Positions 1 through 10,360 of a stretch of 64,000 bases of DNA are shown here, in pieces; position 1 is the first letter of the stretch, and each line of letters begins with the position of its first letter. Location of the stretch: positions 1,492 to 65,491 of the forward strand of contig PXSA01000012.1 of assembly GCA_003023565.1 (NCBI GenBank), in the 5' to 3' direction. A model generated the notes under the pieces. The model was not told the DNA's origin, did no database searches, and worked only from the letters and a program-made list of their open reading frames with translations. Source of the DNA: Halobacteriales archaeon QS_9_68_17 (lineage in GTDB: Archaea > Halobacteriota > Halobacteria > Halobacteriales > Natronoarchaeaceae). The translations under genes and the position numbers were made by a program.

Positions 1-632
1 CCTACCCCCTCCGCCAGCTCGACGGCCGGTTCCTCCGCCAGCGCGACGACGAGCGCTACGAACTCACCGACGCCGGCCGGGCGGCCGCCCGCGCGGTGCG
101 GGCCGGCACCTACACCGAGCGCGTGCACCGCGACCCCGTGGGACTCGACGTCGAGTGCCCGCTCTGTGGCGAACACGCCTTGACCGCCCGCGTCGTCGAC
201 AACGTCACCAAGGTGGCGTGTGGCGCCTGCGAGACGACGCTCTCGCGGCTCTCGCTGCCGCCGGGTGGCTACGCCGACCGGGCGGGCGAGGAACTCCTCG
301 CCGCCGTCGACGCCCACTACCGCCGCCGGATCGCGGCGTTCGCCGACGGGGTCTGCCCCGAGTGTGCCGGCGTCGTCGACGCGACGGTGAAACCCGGGGG
401 CGACGGCCCTGCCGGCCCGGGCACGGAGTCGACCCCGGAGAGCGAGAAACAGCCCCTACGGGCGACGTTCGCCTGCGAGACCTGCGGGGCGGACCTCTCC
501 TGTCCGGTCTGTGGCGGCCCCGTCGAACTGGGCGAGGAGACCGTCGAGTCCTGCTGTCGCTCCTACGACGTCGTGGCGGTGACCTGCGGCGACTGCGACG
601 CCCGGCTGCTGGAGGAGCGCTGGGACGGCTGA
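1..632 (+). CDS. Haloarchaeal ArsR-like winged-HTH protein with C-terminal CxxC zinc-ribbon repeats, 5' truncated by the window edge; C-terminal part may be internally shortened
   Basis: Frame is open from position 3 (YPLRQLDGRFLRQRDDERYELTDAGRAAARAVRAGTYTE), followed by CPLCG, CGAC, CPEC, CETC, CPVC and CGDC motifs. Confidence 0.7.
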   Translation, partial: YPLRQLDGRFLRQRDDERYELTDAGRAAARAVRAGTYTERVHRDPVGLDVECPLCGEHALTARVVDNVTKVACGACETTLSRLSLPPGGYADRAGEELLAAVDAHYRRRIAAFADGVCPECAGVVDATVKPGGDGPAGPGTESTPESEKQPLRATFACETCGADLSCPVCGGPVELGEETVESCCRSYDVVAVTCGDCDARLLEERWDG

Positions 633-759
633 TGGGAACCGTTGTAACTGTTTAGCGGTGTTCGGCGAACAAGGATGCCGGAACACCGAAACGACTCACA
701 GCAGTCCTTGTGAGGGGACTCCCGGAGCGTTTTTTATCCGCCAGCCGCGATGAATATCC

Positions 760-1923
760 ATGCTCGATTATGTAGGTCTTGAGGCGGAACTCGACGAGGA
801 GGAGCGCATGATCCGGGACACTGCCCGGGAGTTCGTCGAGGACCGCGTCGCTCCCGACATCGGCGACCACTTCGAGGCCGGGACCTTCCCCGAGAAGCTG
901 ATCCCGGAGATGGGCGAGCTCGGCTTCTACGCGCCGAACCTGGAGGGATACGGCTCCCCGAACGTGAGCGAGACGGCGTACGGCCTGCTCATGCAGGAAC
1001 TGGAGGCCGGCGACTCCGGCATCCGCTCGATGGCGAGCGTGCAGGGCGCGCTCGTCATGTACCCCATCCACGCCTACGGGAGCGAGGAGCAGAAGGAGCG
1101 CTGGCTCCCCGACCTCGGCCGCGGCGAGGCGGTCGGCTGCTTCGGGCTGACCGAACCCGAACACGGCTCGAACCCGTCGGGGATGGAGACCCGCGCCGAG
1201 CGCGACGCCGGCGAGTACGTCCTCGACGGCTCCAAGACGTGGATCACGAACTCCCCCATCGCCGACGTGGCGGTCGTGTGGGCACGCGACGAGTCGGCCG
1301 ACGACGACCCGGTGCGCGGGTTCCTCGTCGAGACCGACCGCGACGGCGTCACGACGAACGAACTGGACGACAAGCTGTCGATGCGCGCCTCGGTCACCGG
1401 TGAGATCGACCTGAACGACGTGTACGTGCCCGAGGAGAACGTCCTGCCGGGCGTCTCCGGGATGAAGGGGCCGCTCTCCTGTCTCACGCAGGCCCGCTAC
1501 GGCATCGCGTGGGGCGCGGTCGGCGCGGCGCGGGACTGCTTCGAGACGGCGCGCCAGTACGCGACCGACCGCGAGCAGTTCGGCGGCCCCATCGCGCGCT
1601 TCCAGATCCAGCAACAGAAGCTCGCGGAGATGGCGACCCGGATCACGACGGCCCAGTTGCTCGCTCACCGCCTCGCCGACCTCAAGGAGCGCGGCGACCT
1701 CCGCCCCCAGCACGTCTCGATGGCCAAGCGCAACAACGTCAACATGGCCCGGGAGCAGGCGAAAGTCGCCCGCGAGATGCTCGGCGGCAACGGCATCACG
1801 ACGGACTACCCGCCGATGCGACACATGGCGAACATGGAGACGGTGTACACCTACGAGGGCACCCACGACATCCACACGCTGATCCTCGGCGAGGACCTCA
1901 CCGGGATCCCCGCCTACGAGTAG
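760..1923 (+). CDS. Acyl-CoA dehydrogenase, glutaryl-CoA dehydrogenase-like
   Basis: GCFGLTEPEHGS, GSKTWITN, REQFGGPIARFQ and YEGTHDIH motifs; TTTTTAT upstream. Confidence 0.92.
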   Translation: MLDYVGLEAELDEEERMIRDTAREFVEDRVAPDIGDHFEAGTFPEKLIPEMGELGFYAPNLEGYGSPNVSETAYGLLMQELEAGDSGIRSMASVQGALVMYPIHAYGSEEQKERWLPDLGRGEAVGCFGLTEPEHGSNPSGMETRAERDAGEYVLDGSKTWITNSPIADVAVVWARDESADDDPVRGFLVETDRDGVTTNELDDKLSMRASVTGEIDLNDVYVPEENVLPGVSGMKGPLSCLTQARYGIAWGAVGAARDCFETARQYATDREQFGGPIARFQIQQQKLAEMATRITTAQLLAHRLADLKERGDLRPQHVSMAKRNNVNMAREQAKVAREMLGGNGITTDYPPMRHMANMETVYTYEGTHDIHTLILGEDLTGIPAYE

Positions 1924-2053
1924 TGCGACAGCGGTACGGACGACGAGGGGATACCGGTGAGAACCGGGATCCCCGCCTACGAGTAGTGCGGCAGCATCTC
2001 CGGGCGGCGCAGGGACCTCGGTGACGACCGGGGTTCCGCTTACGAGTAGCGAG
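1900..2053 (+). repeat. Degenerate ~63-bp tandem repeat containing three copies of the acyl-CoA dehydrogenase 3' end
   Basis: ACCGGGATCCCCGCCTACGAGTAGTGCG at 1900 and 1963; degenerate ACCGGGGTTCCGCTTACGAGTAG at 2027. Confidence 0.85.
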
Positions 2054-2173
2054 GCGACTTCGCCGCCTCGAACGCCGAGACGTGCGACGCTCTCTCGTCC
2101 CGATACCGACGGCCTCTTTTGTCGACCCGATCGACTTCCACGTGAAAACCGATGCGGAGTAGTAGGTGAACCG

Positions 2174-3346
2174 ATGCAGTGGCGCTACAAGGAGACGGTC
2201 CTCGTACTGAGTACGCTGGCGTTTTTCGCGACGATGGCCGCGAGGCTGGCGATCAGTCCGGTCGTCCCGGCGATAACCGACGAGTTCGCGGTGTCGAACG
2301 GCGTCGTCGGCGTCGGCCTCACCGGAATGTGGATGGCGTACTTCGTCTCGCAGTTCCCCAGCGGCGTGCTCGCCGACCGGTTCGGCGAGCGACTGATCAT
2401 CCTCGTCGCGGTGGGCGGGACGGCAGTCATGAGCCTGCTCATCGCCCTCTCGCCGCTGTTCGCCGTGTTCGTCCTCGCGACCGTGCTGCTCGGCGGCGTC
2501 GCGGGGCTGCACTACAGCGTCGCGACGACGCTTCTGACCCGGACGTACGACGACATCGGCACCGCGATAGGGTTCCACAACTCCGGCGGGCCGGCAGCGG
2601 GGCTGGTCGTGCCAGTCCTCGCCGCGTGGGTCGGCGTCCGGTACGGGTGGCGACCAGCGGTGGCGCTCGGGGCGGTCATCGCCGTCCCGATCTTCGCCCT
2701 GTTCGCCTGGCGGGTCCGGACGACGGAGCCGCGTCGGCCCGACGAGCCGATGCGCGACAGGTTCGAACTCGGTCCCCTCGTGGAACTGCTCTCGCGCCCG
2801 GAGATCGCGTTCACCGTCTGTCTCGCGGTCGCCGGCGCGTTCGTCTGGCAGGCGACCTCGTCGTTCCTGCCGACGTTTCTGGTTCAGTACCGCGGCATGT
2901 CGACGACGACGGCCGGCACCGTCTTCTCGGCGTACTTCGTCGTGCAGGCGATCACGCAGGTCGGCGTCGGGGCCGCGTCGGACCGGTTCGGCCGCGACCC
3001 CGCGACCGCGGGCTGTATGGTCCTCGGCGTCGCCGGCTTCGCCGTGCTGGTAGCGGTCCCCGGACGCCTCGCCGTGGCGGTCGCCGTCCTGCTGTTCGGC
3101 ACCGGTCTCGGCTGGGGCGGCGCGCTCATCCCCCGCTTCATGGACGCGCTCTCGGAGGAGGAACAGGGCGCGGGCTTCGGCCTCGTCCGGACCGCCTACG
3201 GCGTCGTCGGGTCGCTCGGCTCCGTCGTCACCGGCCTGCTCGCCGACGTCTTCGGCTGGGCCGTCTCCTTCGGCGTGCTCACCGCCCTGCTCGCGCTCGT
3301 GTTCGCCGCCCTCGCCGCCAACTGGGCGCTGGATCTGTGCTACTGA
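2174..3346 (+). CDS. MFS transporter
   Basis: About 12 hydrophobic segments; motif A GVLADRFGER and its repeat GAASDRFGRD; ATG at 2174. Confidence 0.9.
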   Translation: MQWRYKETVLVLSTLAFFATMAARLAISPVVPAITDEFAVSNGVVGVGLTGMWMAYFVSQFPSGVLADRFGERLIILVAVGGTAVMSLLIALSPLFAVFVLATVLLGGVAGLHYSVATTLLTRTYDDIGTAIGFHNSGGPAAGLVVPVLAAWVGVRYGWRPAVALGAVIAVPIFALFAWRVRTTEPRRPDEPMRDRFELGPLVELLSRPEIAFTVCLAVAGAFVWQATSSFLPTFLVQYRGMSTTTAGTVFSAYFVVQAITQVGVGAASDRFGRDPATAGCMVLGVAGFAVLVAVPGRLAVAVAVLLFGTGLGWGGALIPRFMDALSEEEQGAGFGLVRTAYGVVGSLGSVVTGLLADVFGWAVSFGVLTALLALVFAALAANWALDLCY

Positions 3347-3393
3347 GGCTCGGACGGTCGAGTAACGCTGAAGTGTGCCGCCGGTGTACCGTC

Positions 3394-4347
3394 GTGTCGT
3401 CTTCTCTCGGACTGGCACAGCGTTACGACGACTACGCCGTCCACCGCCTCCTCCACGACGTCCCGCCCCACGAGACGTACGAGGTGACGGTCGACGGCCG
3501 CCGTGCGGTCTGCAAGGTGGCGACAGCGCCCCGCGGCGACCCCGCAACGGAGGCGCACGTGATGGCGTTCGTCGGGCGGAAAACGACCGTTCCCGTGCCG
3601 ACGGTGCTCGCAGTCGGTGACGGCTACTTCGTCGCGGAATGGTGCCCTGATGCGCCACAGGCGGCGACCGTCAACGAGGAGAAGGCCCGCGCGATGGGGG
3701 CCGGTCTCGCGTCCCTCCACCGGGAGTCCGCCGACGCGATAGACGCGTACGGTCGGTTCGAACGCGACGACGCCCCGCCGACGCGGCGATACGGCGACTC
3801 CGCCGGTTCCGGCAGGGACGACCCGACCGTCGTCAAGCGAGCGGACTGGCGTTCGGTCGCCCTCGACCGACTGGCCGACCGCCGGCCGTATCTGCAGTCA
3901 GTCGGTCACGCAGCAGTCGCGGACGCCGTCGTCGGGTACCTCCGAGCGCATCCCGACGCGTTCGACGGCGCGGGCGACCCGGTGCTCTGCCACGGCAACT
4001 ACCTGCCCGACCACATCAGCGTCGACGGCGAGGCGGTCACCTGCGTCATCGACTTCGAACACGCCCTCTGCGGCCCGGCCGAGTACGACTGCTGGCGAAC
4101 GCTGCTCCCCCTCTCGCGGAACGAGAGCGGCGGCGAGGCCGACGCGTTCCGCGAGGGCTACGGATCGGTGCGCGCCCTCCCGGACGGCTTCGACCGGCGA
4201 CGGGACCTGTATTCGGTCCTGCTCACCGTCTCGTATCTGAAGTCGCTGTACCTTCAGGACCGACACGACGCCGGACGCACGCGCCGACTCGCCGAGCGGA
4301 TGCGCGAACACGTGTTCGACTCGCTCGACGCGCTGGAGCGGTCGTGA
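3394..4347 (+). CDS. Aminoglycoside-phosphotransferase (APH/choline kinase-like) family protein; start uncertain
   Basis: VCK, LCHGNYLPDHI (Brenner-type) and VIDFE motifs in the 3' part of ORF 2179..4347. Confidence 0.75.
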   Translation: MSSSLGLAQRYDDYAVHRLLHDVPPHETYEVTVDGRRAVCKVATAPRGDPATEAHVMAFVGRKTTVPVPTVLAVGDGYFVAEWCPDAPQAATVNEEKARAMGAGLASLHRESADAIDAYGRFERDDAPPTRRYGDSAGSGRDDPTVVKRADWRSVALDRLADRRPYLQSVGHAAVADAVVGYLRAHPDAFDGAGDPVLCHGNYLPDHISVDGEAVTCVIDFEHALCGPAEYDCWRTLLPLSRNESGGEADAFREGYGSVRALPDGFDRRRDLYSVLLTVSYLKSLYLQDRHDAGRTRRLAERMREHVFDSLDALERS

Positions 4348-4349
4348 CC

Positions 4350-4560
4350 TACACCTCTCCCGTTCCATCGACCAGCGCGGCCGCGGGGTCGCGGGTTCGT
4401 CGACCAGCGCGTGCAGCGCGAACGCGTCGAGGACCGGATAAAGCGGTAGGACTGGTTCGGCGTCCGCGCGAGGTGCTTCCCGTCGGTGTCGTGACAGAAT
4501 TCTCGCATCCGCGGGGCATCTACTCCTCCTCGTCGAGCGCCTCGTGAACGTCGTCGGTCC
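4350..4560 (-). pseudogene. Degraded fragment, weakly like haloarchaeal MerB-type (alkylmercury lyase) proteins
   Basis: Pieces in different frames: EFCHDTDGKH..YRF and VLDAFALHALVDEP. Confidence 0.25.
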
Positions 4561-4848
4561 GGTCGCCGAACGCCGCCGGGGAACTGGTTCCGAACAGGTC
4601 GCCCAGTGCCCGCCCGACATCGTCGGAGAGGGCGCGGTCGGTGGCCGGTTCGCCGTCGGCGCTCGAACCCGTCGTCCGGGGCCGGCCGTGTCCGTCGCCG
4701 GTCGTCTCGCTAGCCGTCAGTCGCTTGCTCCCGGATCTCGCCGTCGTCCAGTTGTTCCGTCGTTCCGCAGCAGTTGCAGTTCGTCAGTTGTCACTTTCGA
4801 AACCGAAGTAATCATACTGTGGAGTCTGAAACACCGAACCCACTTCGA

Positions 4849-5208
4849 ATGACCGAGGCGACACCGGAAGACCGGAGCGAGGGCGAACTGACCCGCTACT
4901 GTCCGCTGACGGGCGTCGCCGGGACGCTCTCGGGGAAGTACGCGATGCAACTCGTCTGCGTCGTCGGCGCGCTCGAACCCGTCCGGTTCGGAGCGATCGA
5001 GGAGCGTCTGGCGGCGGCCAGCACTTCGACGCTCTCCGCGCGCCTCGACGAACTGGTGGCGGAGAGACTGCTGACGCGGACGCAGTACGACGAGATCCCG
5101 CCGCGGGTGGAGTACGAACTCACCGAGGACGGTCGGGAACTCTGCGAGCGCCTGGAGCCGGTGCTCGCGTGGGCGGAGGAGCGGGAGGCGGGATCGGGAC
5201 GGACGTGA
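4849..5208 (+). CDS. HxlR-family winged-HTH transcriptional regulator
   Basis: CPL..LSGKY..RFGAIE..STLSARLDELV..EIPPRVEYELT. Confidence 0.88.
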   Translation: MTEATPEDRSEGELTRYCPLTGVAGTLSGKYAMQLVCVVGALEPVRFGAIEERLAAASTSTLSARLDELVAERLLTRTQYDEIPPRVEYELTEDGRELCERLEPVLAWAEEREAGSGRT

Positions 5209-5215
5209 GCGGGGG

Positions 5216-5539
5216 CTACGCCGACTCCGCGCTGCTCGCTGCGAGCGCGACGACGCCCGCCCCGAACGCGAGCGACGCGTACACCACCGGCATGTAGAAC
5301 CCGCCGTGGTGCGGCGCGAACAGGTGGAACAGGCCGATAGCGACCGGCACGCCGCCGGTCAGCGCGGTGCGCTCCGGGTTGCCGCGCGCCGCCGCCGTCG
5401 GCAGGAGGAGCGCGTAAGCGAGGAAGCCGGCGGCGAACAGCCACGCCGGGATCCCGAGTTCGGCGGGTTCGCCCCGCAGCAGGTCCTGTCCCGCGTGGAC
5501 GAACGCCGACGCGACTGCCGCCGATTCGAGGCGGTTCAT
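5216..5539 (-). CDS. Hypothetical membrane protein
   Basis: Hydrophobic 107-aa ORF with ATG start. Confidence 0.5.
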   Translation of the reverse strand: MNRLESAAVASAFVHAGQDLLRGEPAELGIPAWLFAAGFLAYALLLPTAAARGNPERTALTGGVPVAIGLFHLFAPHHGGFYMPVVYASLAFGAGVVALAASSAESA

Positions 5540-5579
5540 CCTCGCACCGTCGGACCTCGCCGCGGCGAACGACCGGCCA

Positions 5580-6501
<922 letters not shown>

Positions 6502-6548
6502 CAGCGGCGGCTCTCCGGGGGTGACTCAGTCGACAACGGTACCGGGTA

Positions 6549-6681
6549 AAACCTCACTCCGCTCGGTCGACGCCTCTCGATGCCGACCGCAGTCGGTCGG
6601 CTGAAACCTCACTCCGCTCGGTCGATATCTCTCGATGCCGACCGCAGTCGGTCGGCTGAAACCTCACTCCGCTCGGTCGAC
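6549..6681 (-). repeat. 55-bp tandem repeat (about 2.4 units) made of the 3' end of the small Cys/His gene plus a hairpin
   Basis: AAACCTCACTCCGCTCGGTCGA at 6549, 6604 and 6659; internal inverted repeat GCCGACC-n6-GGTCGGC. Confidence 0.92.
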
Positions 6682-6828
6682 ATCGACCTTCTCCTGCAAC
6701 TCCTCCAGCGCGTCGGACTCGGACAGCGTTTCGAGGCGGTCGCGGAAGTGGTCCTCGCAGAGCCCGACCCGGATGCCGTCGGACTCCGCGGCGAAGGCGG
6801 CCTCCCGGTCGCAGTAATGGCACTTCAT
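6664..6828 (-). CDS. Small haloarchaeal Cys/His zinc-finger-like protein (54 aa)
   Basis: MKCHYCDREAAFAAESDGIRVGLCEDHF; acidic tail. Confidence 0.8.
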   Translation of the reverse strand: MKCHYCDREAAFAAESDGIRVGLCEDHFRDRLETLSESDALEELQEKVDVDRAE

Positions 6829-6865
6829 GGCGTAATCTAGGGCGTGCACCCGTTTCAAGGCTACG

Positions 6866-7554
6866 TTACGCGAGTCTCGCGTCGAGCGTCCGAAAGTCGG
6901 ACTCGGGCAGGCCGGCGACCCCGAGCGTGTGGTCGTGGGCGTCGCTCCCGCCGGTCGCGAGCAGGTCGTGGTCCGCGATGGCGCGCTCGACGGGCCGGAC
7001 GTCGACGGCCCCGTCGTAGGGGTAGAACCGCTCGACGGCGTCGAGGTCTTCGGTCAGCGCCAGCGCCGCCGCCGGGTCGGGATAGCGGAGGGGGTGGGCG
7101 AGGCCGACGACGCCGCAGGCCGCCGAGAGGAGCTCGCGGCCGCGGTCGTACGGCGTGACGTCCCGCGCGACGAAGCAGTCGCAGTCGCCGCCGATGAGGT
7201 CGTCGAACGCGCCCTCGTAATCGTACTCCGTGTTCGGGTTCCCATCGACGGCGCGGGCGATGTGGGGCCTGCCGATGCCCTCCCCGATGTCGACGTCGAG
7301 GCGCACGCCGAGGCGGTCCTCGACGTTCTCGACGATGGCGCGCCCGCGTTCGACGCGGTCGCGCTGGAGGCGAGACAGTTCCTCGTCGAGCCGTCCCGAA
7401 CGGTCACGGGGGCGTCGAGTTCGGGGTGGACGCGGTCGTGGTCGGTGATCGCCACGACGCTAACGCCGGCCTCGCGCGCGGCGGCCGGCACCTCCGAGAG
7501 CGTCAGTTCGCCGTCGGAGCGCGTCGTGTGAACGTGGAGATCCGCATAGACCAT
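6866..7554 (-). pseudogene. PHP-domain phosphoesterase broken by an internal deletion/frameshift near 7390
   Basis: ADLHVHTTRSDG and AITDHD in one frame; GRPHIA, LAHPLRY and TGGSDAHD in another. Confidence 0.85.
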
Positions 7555-7695
7555 ACGGTCGCTACCGCTCCCATCGGCATAGCCCTGACCATGTCGCGGT
7601 ATATTAGGACAAACCATGAAGGAAAGGGGTGCCCCTCACTGCAAGGTCGTATATGGACAATATTTATAATTGTCTTTCATCCAGTACGGGGTACG

Positions 7696-7983
7696 ATGCT
7701 CGACGGCGCAACCGAGGACCTGACCGACGACGACGAGTTCCCCATGACCACCGAGCAGTTCATCGAGCGCTACGGGGACTACGAGTTCGAACTGCCGAAC
7801 GGCACGGAGACCATCGCGGAAGTCCTCGAACGCACCGACACGGAGACCTACCGGACGCCGGAGGACGTCCGCCTCACCCTGTACAACTCGCTCAGCAGCA
7901 AGGCCATCGGCCGCAAGGGGTACAGCGACCGCGACCCCACGCCGCCGGGCAGTCCGTACGGCCCGCAGCAGGTCTCGTTCTGA
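7696..7983 (+). CDS. Conserved small haloarchaeal protein (DUF5789-like)
   Basis: FPMTTEQFIERYGD..ELPNGTETIAEVL..AIGRKGYSDRDP; TTTATAA upstream. Confidence 0.75.
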   Translation: MLDGATEDLTDDDEFPMTTEQFIERYGDYEFELPNGTETIAEVLERTDTETYRTPEDVRLTLYNSLSSKAIGRKGYSDRDPTPPGSPYGPQQVSF

Positions 7984-7985
7984 GA

Positions 7986-8130
7986 CGACCTTTTCTCGTC
8001 GGGTGTCCTCGCGAGCCGGTGGCTCGCTGCGGGCACTCCTGGAAAAAGCTCGGCCGAAAAAGCCGCTCGTTCACGCTGTCCGTTCGGGGTGAAACGGCGG
8101 CTTCGTCGCCGCATGCTCACCGCGACCGAC
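7986..8130 (+). repeat. Dispersed palindromic element, copy A (right boundary approximate)
   Basis: CGACCTTTT-(hairpins)-AAAAGCTCGGCCGAAAA, also found at 10160 and 44981. Confidence 0.75.
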
Positions 8131-8180
8131 CCCACTGTACCGGACCACTCTTTTGCCGGCTCCGTCCCTAGACGACGGCC

Positions 8181-8921
8181 ATGGCCGACGACCCCGCAGT
8201 CTCGCTAACCGGCGTCCGCAAGACGTACCGAGTCGGCGAACCCGTCCACGCGCTCGACGGGGTCGACCTCTCGCTGGTCGACGGCTCCTACACCGCCGTG
8301 ATGGGGCCGAGCGGCTCCGGAAAGAGCACGCTGATGAACCTCGTCGGCTGTCTCGACGCGCCGACCGAGGGGACGGTGACCGTCGACGGCACGGACGTGA
8401 CGGCGCTGTCGGACCGCGAGCGCACGGCGCTTCGCGGCGACGAGATCGGCTTCGTCTTCCAGACGTTCAACCTCATGCCGCGGCTGACTGCCCGCGAGAA
8501 CGTCGCGCTCCCGCTGATCTTTCAGGGTGTCGACGCCGCGGAGCGCGGCGAGCGGGCGGACGCCATGCTCGGTCGGATGGGGATCGGCGACCGCGGCGAC
8601 CACCGGCCGAACGAGCTCTCGGGGGGCCAGCGCCAGCGCGTCGCTATCGCCCGCGCCCTCGTCACGGACCCGACGCTCGTGCTCGCGGACGAGCCGACGG
8701 GCAACCTCGACACCGAGACGGGCGCGCGGATCCTCGACGTCTTCGACGAGGCCCACGCCGCCGGCAACACCATCCTCGTCGTCACCCACGAGCGCCACGT
8801 CGCCGAGCGCGCGGACCGCATCGTCCACCTGCTCGACGGGCGGATCGAGCGCATCGAACGGGTCGGAAGACCCGGGAGCGCGGGCGCGGGCGGACCGGCG
8901 GACGACGAGGTGACCGGATGA
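8181..8921 (+). CDS. ABC transporter ATP-binding protein (LolD/MacB/SalX type)
   Basis: GPSGSGKS, LSGGQRQR, DEPTGNLD, VTHE. Confidence 0.95.
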   Translation: MADDPAVSLTGVRKTYRVGEPVHALDGVDLSLVDGSYTAVMGPSGSGKSTLMNLVGCLDAPTEGTVTVDGTDVTALSDRERTALRGDEIGFVFQTFNLMPRLTARENVALPLIFQGVDAAERGERADAMLGRMGIGDRGDHRPNELSGGQRQRVAIARALVTDPTLVLADEPTGNLDTETGARILDVFDEAHAAGNTILVVTHERHVAERADRIVHLLDGRIERIERVGRPGSAGAGGPADDEVTG

Positions 8922-10156
8922 GGCTCCGCGAGAGCCTCCGCCTCTCGTGGCGGTCGATCCGCGGCCACAAGCTCAGGTCGACGCTGACGACGCTGGGCGT
9001 CGTCATCGGCATCGCGGCCGTCATCACGTTCGTCACGCTCGGCGTGAGCCTCGAAGCGGGCATCCTCGGTGACGTCGACACGGGCCAGACGAACCGTATC
9101 TACGTCTGGGGCAGTCCCGCCGGCGAGGGCGGCGGCCCCGGCGAGGACGCGGAACTGATCTTCACTCAGCGCGACGTGACCGAACTGCGGAACCAGTCGG
9201 ACGTCGCCGCCGCGTACCCGTGGACGCCGCTCCCCTCGGAGTCGCTGACACACGGGAACGACACCGTCCCGATCCGGGAGGGGGTGATCGCCACCGGCAC
9301 CGAGTACGTCGAGGCGGACCGCGTCGCCGACGGCCGGCGGTTCGAGGAGGGCGAGCGCGAGGCCGTCATCAATCCCGCTGCGGCGAACCGCTTCGAGGAG
9401 AACGTCTCGGTCGGCGACACCGTCGCCGTCGCCGTGCCGGGCGCGGGCGAGGTGAACGCGACCGTCGTCGGCGTCTTGGAGACCTCGGAGGGCCAGGGGC
9501 CGTTCGAGGGGTTCGGCGAGGACCCGCGGATCTACCTGCCGGCCGACCCCTACTACCTCGACCTCGCGAGCGAGGCGACTGACGACCCGCGGTACCTCTC
9601 GGTCGTCGTCGAGGCGGACGACCCGCGAGACGTCGATGCCGCCCGCGACAGCGCCCGCGCCTATCTGGAGAGCGACGCCTCCGACGCCGGCGACTACCTC
9701 GGCGGGGACCTCGAACTGACGATACAGACCGGCGGCGAACTCCTCGAACAGATCCAGGACATCCTCGACCAGGTGACCGCGTTCGTCACCGGTATCGCCG
9801 TCATCTCGCTGGTCGTCGGCGCGATCGGTATCGCCAACATCATGCTCGTCAGCGTCACCGAGCGCACCCGGGAGATAGGGGTCATGAAAGCCGTCGGCGC
9901 GCAGAACCGCGACGTGCTGACGCTGTTTCTCACGGAGGCCGTCATCCTCGGCGTCATCGGCGCGGTCGGCGGCGTCGCCCTCGGCGCGGTCGGCGGGTGG
10001 GCCGCCGCGGAGTACGCCGACCTGCCGCTGACCTACCCGCTGGAGTGGTTCGCTATCGCGGTCGGCGTCGGGATCCTCGTCGGGGTCGTCTCGGGGCTGT
10101 ACCCGGCATGGCGCGCGGCGCGGACGGACCCGATCGACGCGCTCCGGTACGAGTAA
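8918..10156 (+). CDS. ABC transporter permease (MacB/FtsX/SalY type)
   Basis: LRSTLTTLGVVIGIAAV, NIMLVSVTERTREIGVMKAVGA and YPAWRAAR; ATGA overlap with the ATPase gene. Confidence 0.93.
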   Translation: MRLRESLRLSWRSIRGHKLRSTLTTLGVVIGIAAVITFVTLGVSLEAGILGDVDTGQTNRIYVWGSPAGEGGGPGEDAELIFTQRDVTELRNQSDVAAAYPWTPLPSESLTHGNDTVPIREGVIATGTEYVEADRVADGRRFEEGEREAVINPAAANRFEENVSVGDTVAVAVPGAGEVNATVVGVLETSEGQGPFEGFGEDPRIYLPADPYYLDLASEATDDPRYLSVVVEADDPRDVDAARDSARAYLESDASDAGDYLGGDLELTIQTGGELLEQIQDILDQVTAFVTGIAVISLVVGAIGIANIMLVSVTERTREIGVMKAVGAQNRDVLTLFLTEAVILGVIGAVGGVALGAVGGWAAAEYADLPLTYPLEWFAIAVGVGILVGVVSGLYPAWRAARTDPIDALRYE

Positions 10157-10159
10157 CCA

Positions 10160-10310
10160 CGACCTTTTTCCCGTTCGGGTCGCCTTCGGCGACCACTCAC
10201 GGCGAAAAGCTCGGCCGAAAAGGCCGCTCACTCGCTGCGCTCGTTCGCGGTATCCCTGCGAACGGAGTGAGCAGAGGGTCGTCAGAGCGAAGCTCTGACG
10301 GTGAAACCCA
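10160..10310 (+). repeat. Dispersed palindromic element, copy B (right boundary approximate)
   Basis: CGACCTTTT...AAAAGCTCGGCCGAAAA plus hairpins GGTCGCC-TTC-GGCGACC and CGTCAGAGC-GAA-GCTCTGACG. Confidence 0.75.
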
Positions 10311-10360
10311 CGACCGGCGAACCCGCACCGCTTTTCCCGCCCGCTGCCGTCGCCTCGGAT

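Noticed and set aside
1900-2053. Mini CRISPR array (about 33-bp repeats with 30-bp spacers)
   Set aside because: The repeat is the coding 3' end of a gene, the spacers are homologous to each other, and there is no leader or cas gene
6549-6681. CRISPR-like array
   Set aside because: The spacers are almost identical; it is a tandem duplication of a gene tail
7986-10221. Integron attC sites flanking the ABC pair
   Set aside because: No RYYYAAC/GTTRRRY ends and no integrase; kept only as a palindromic repeat family
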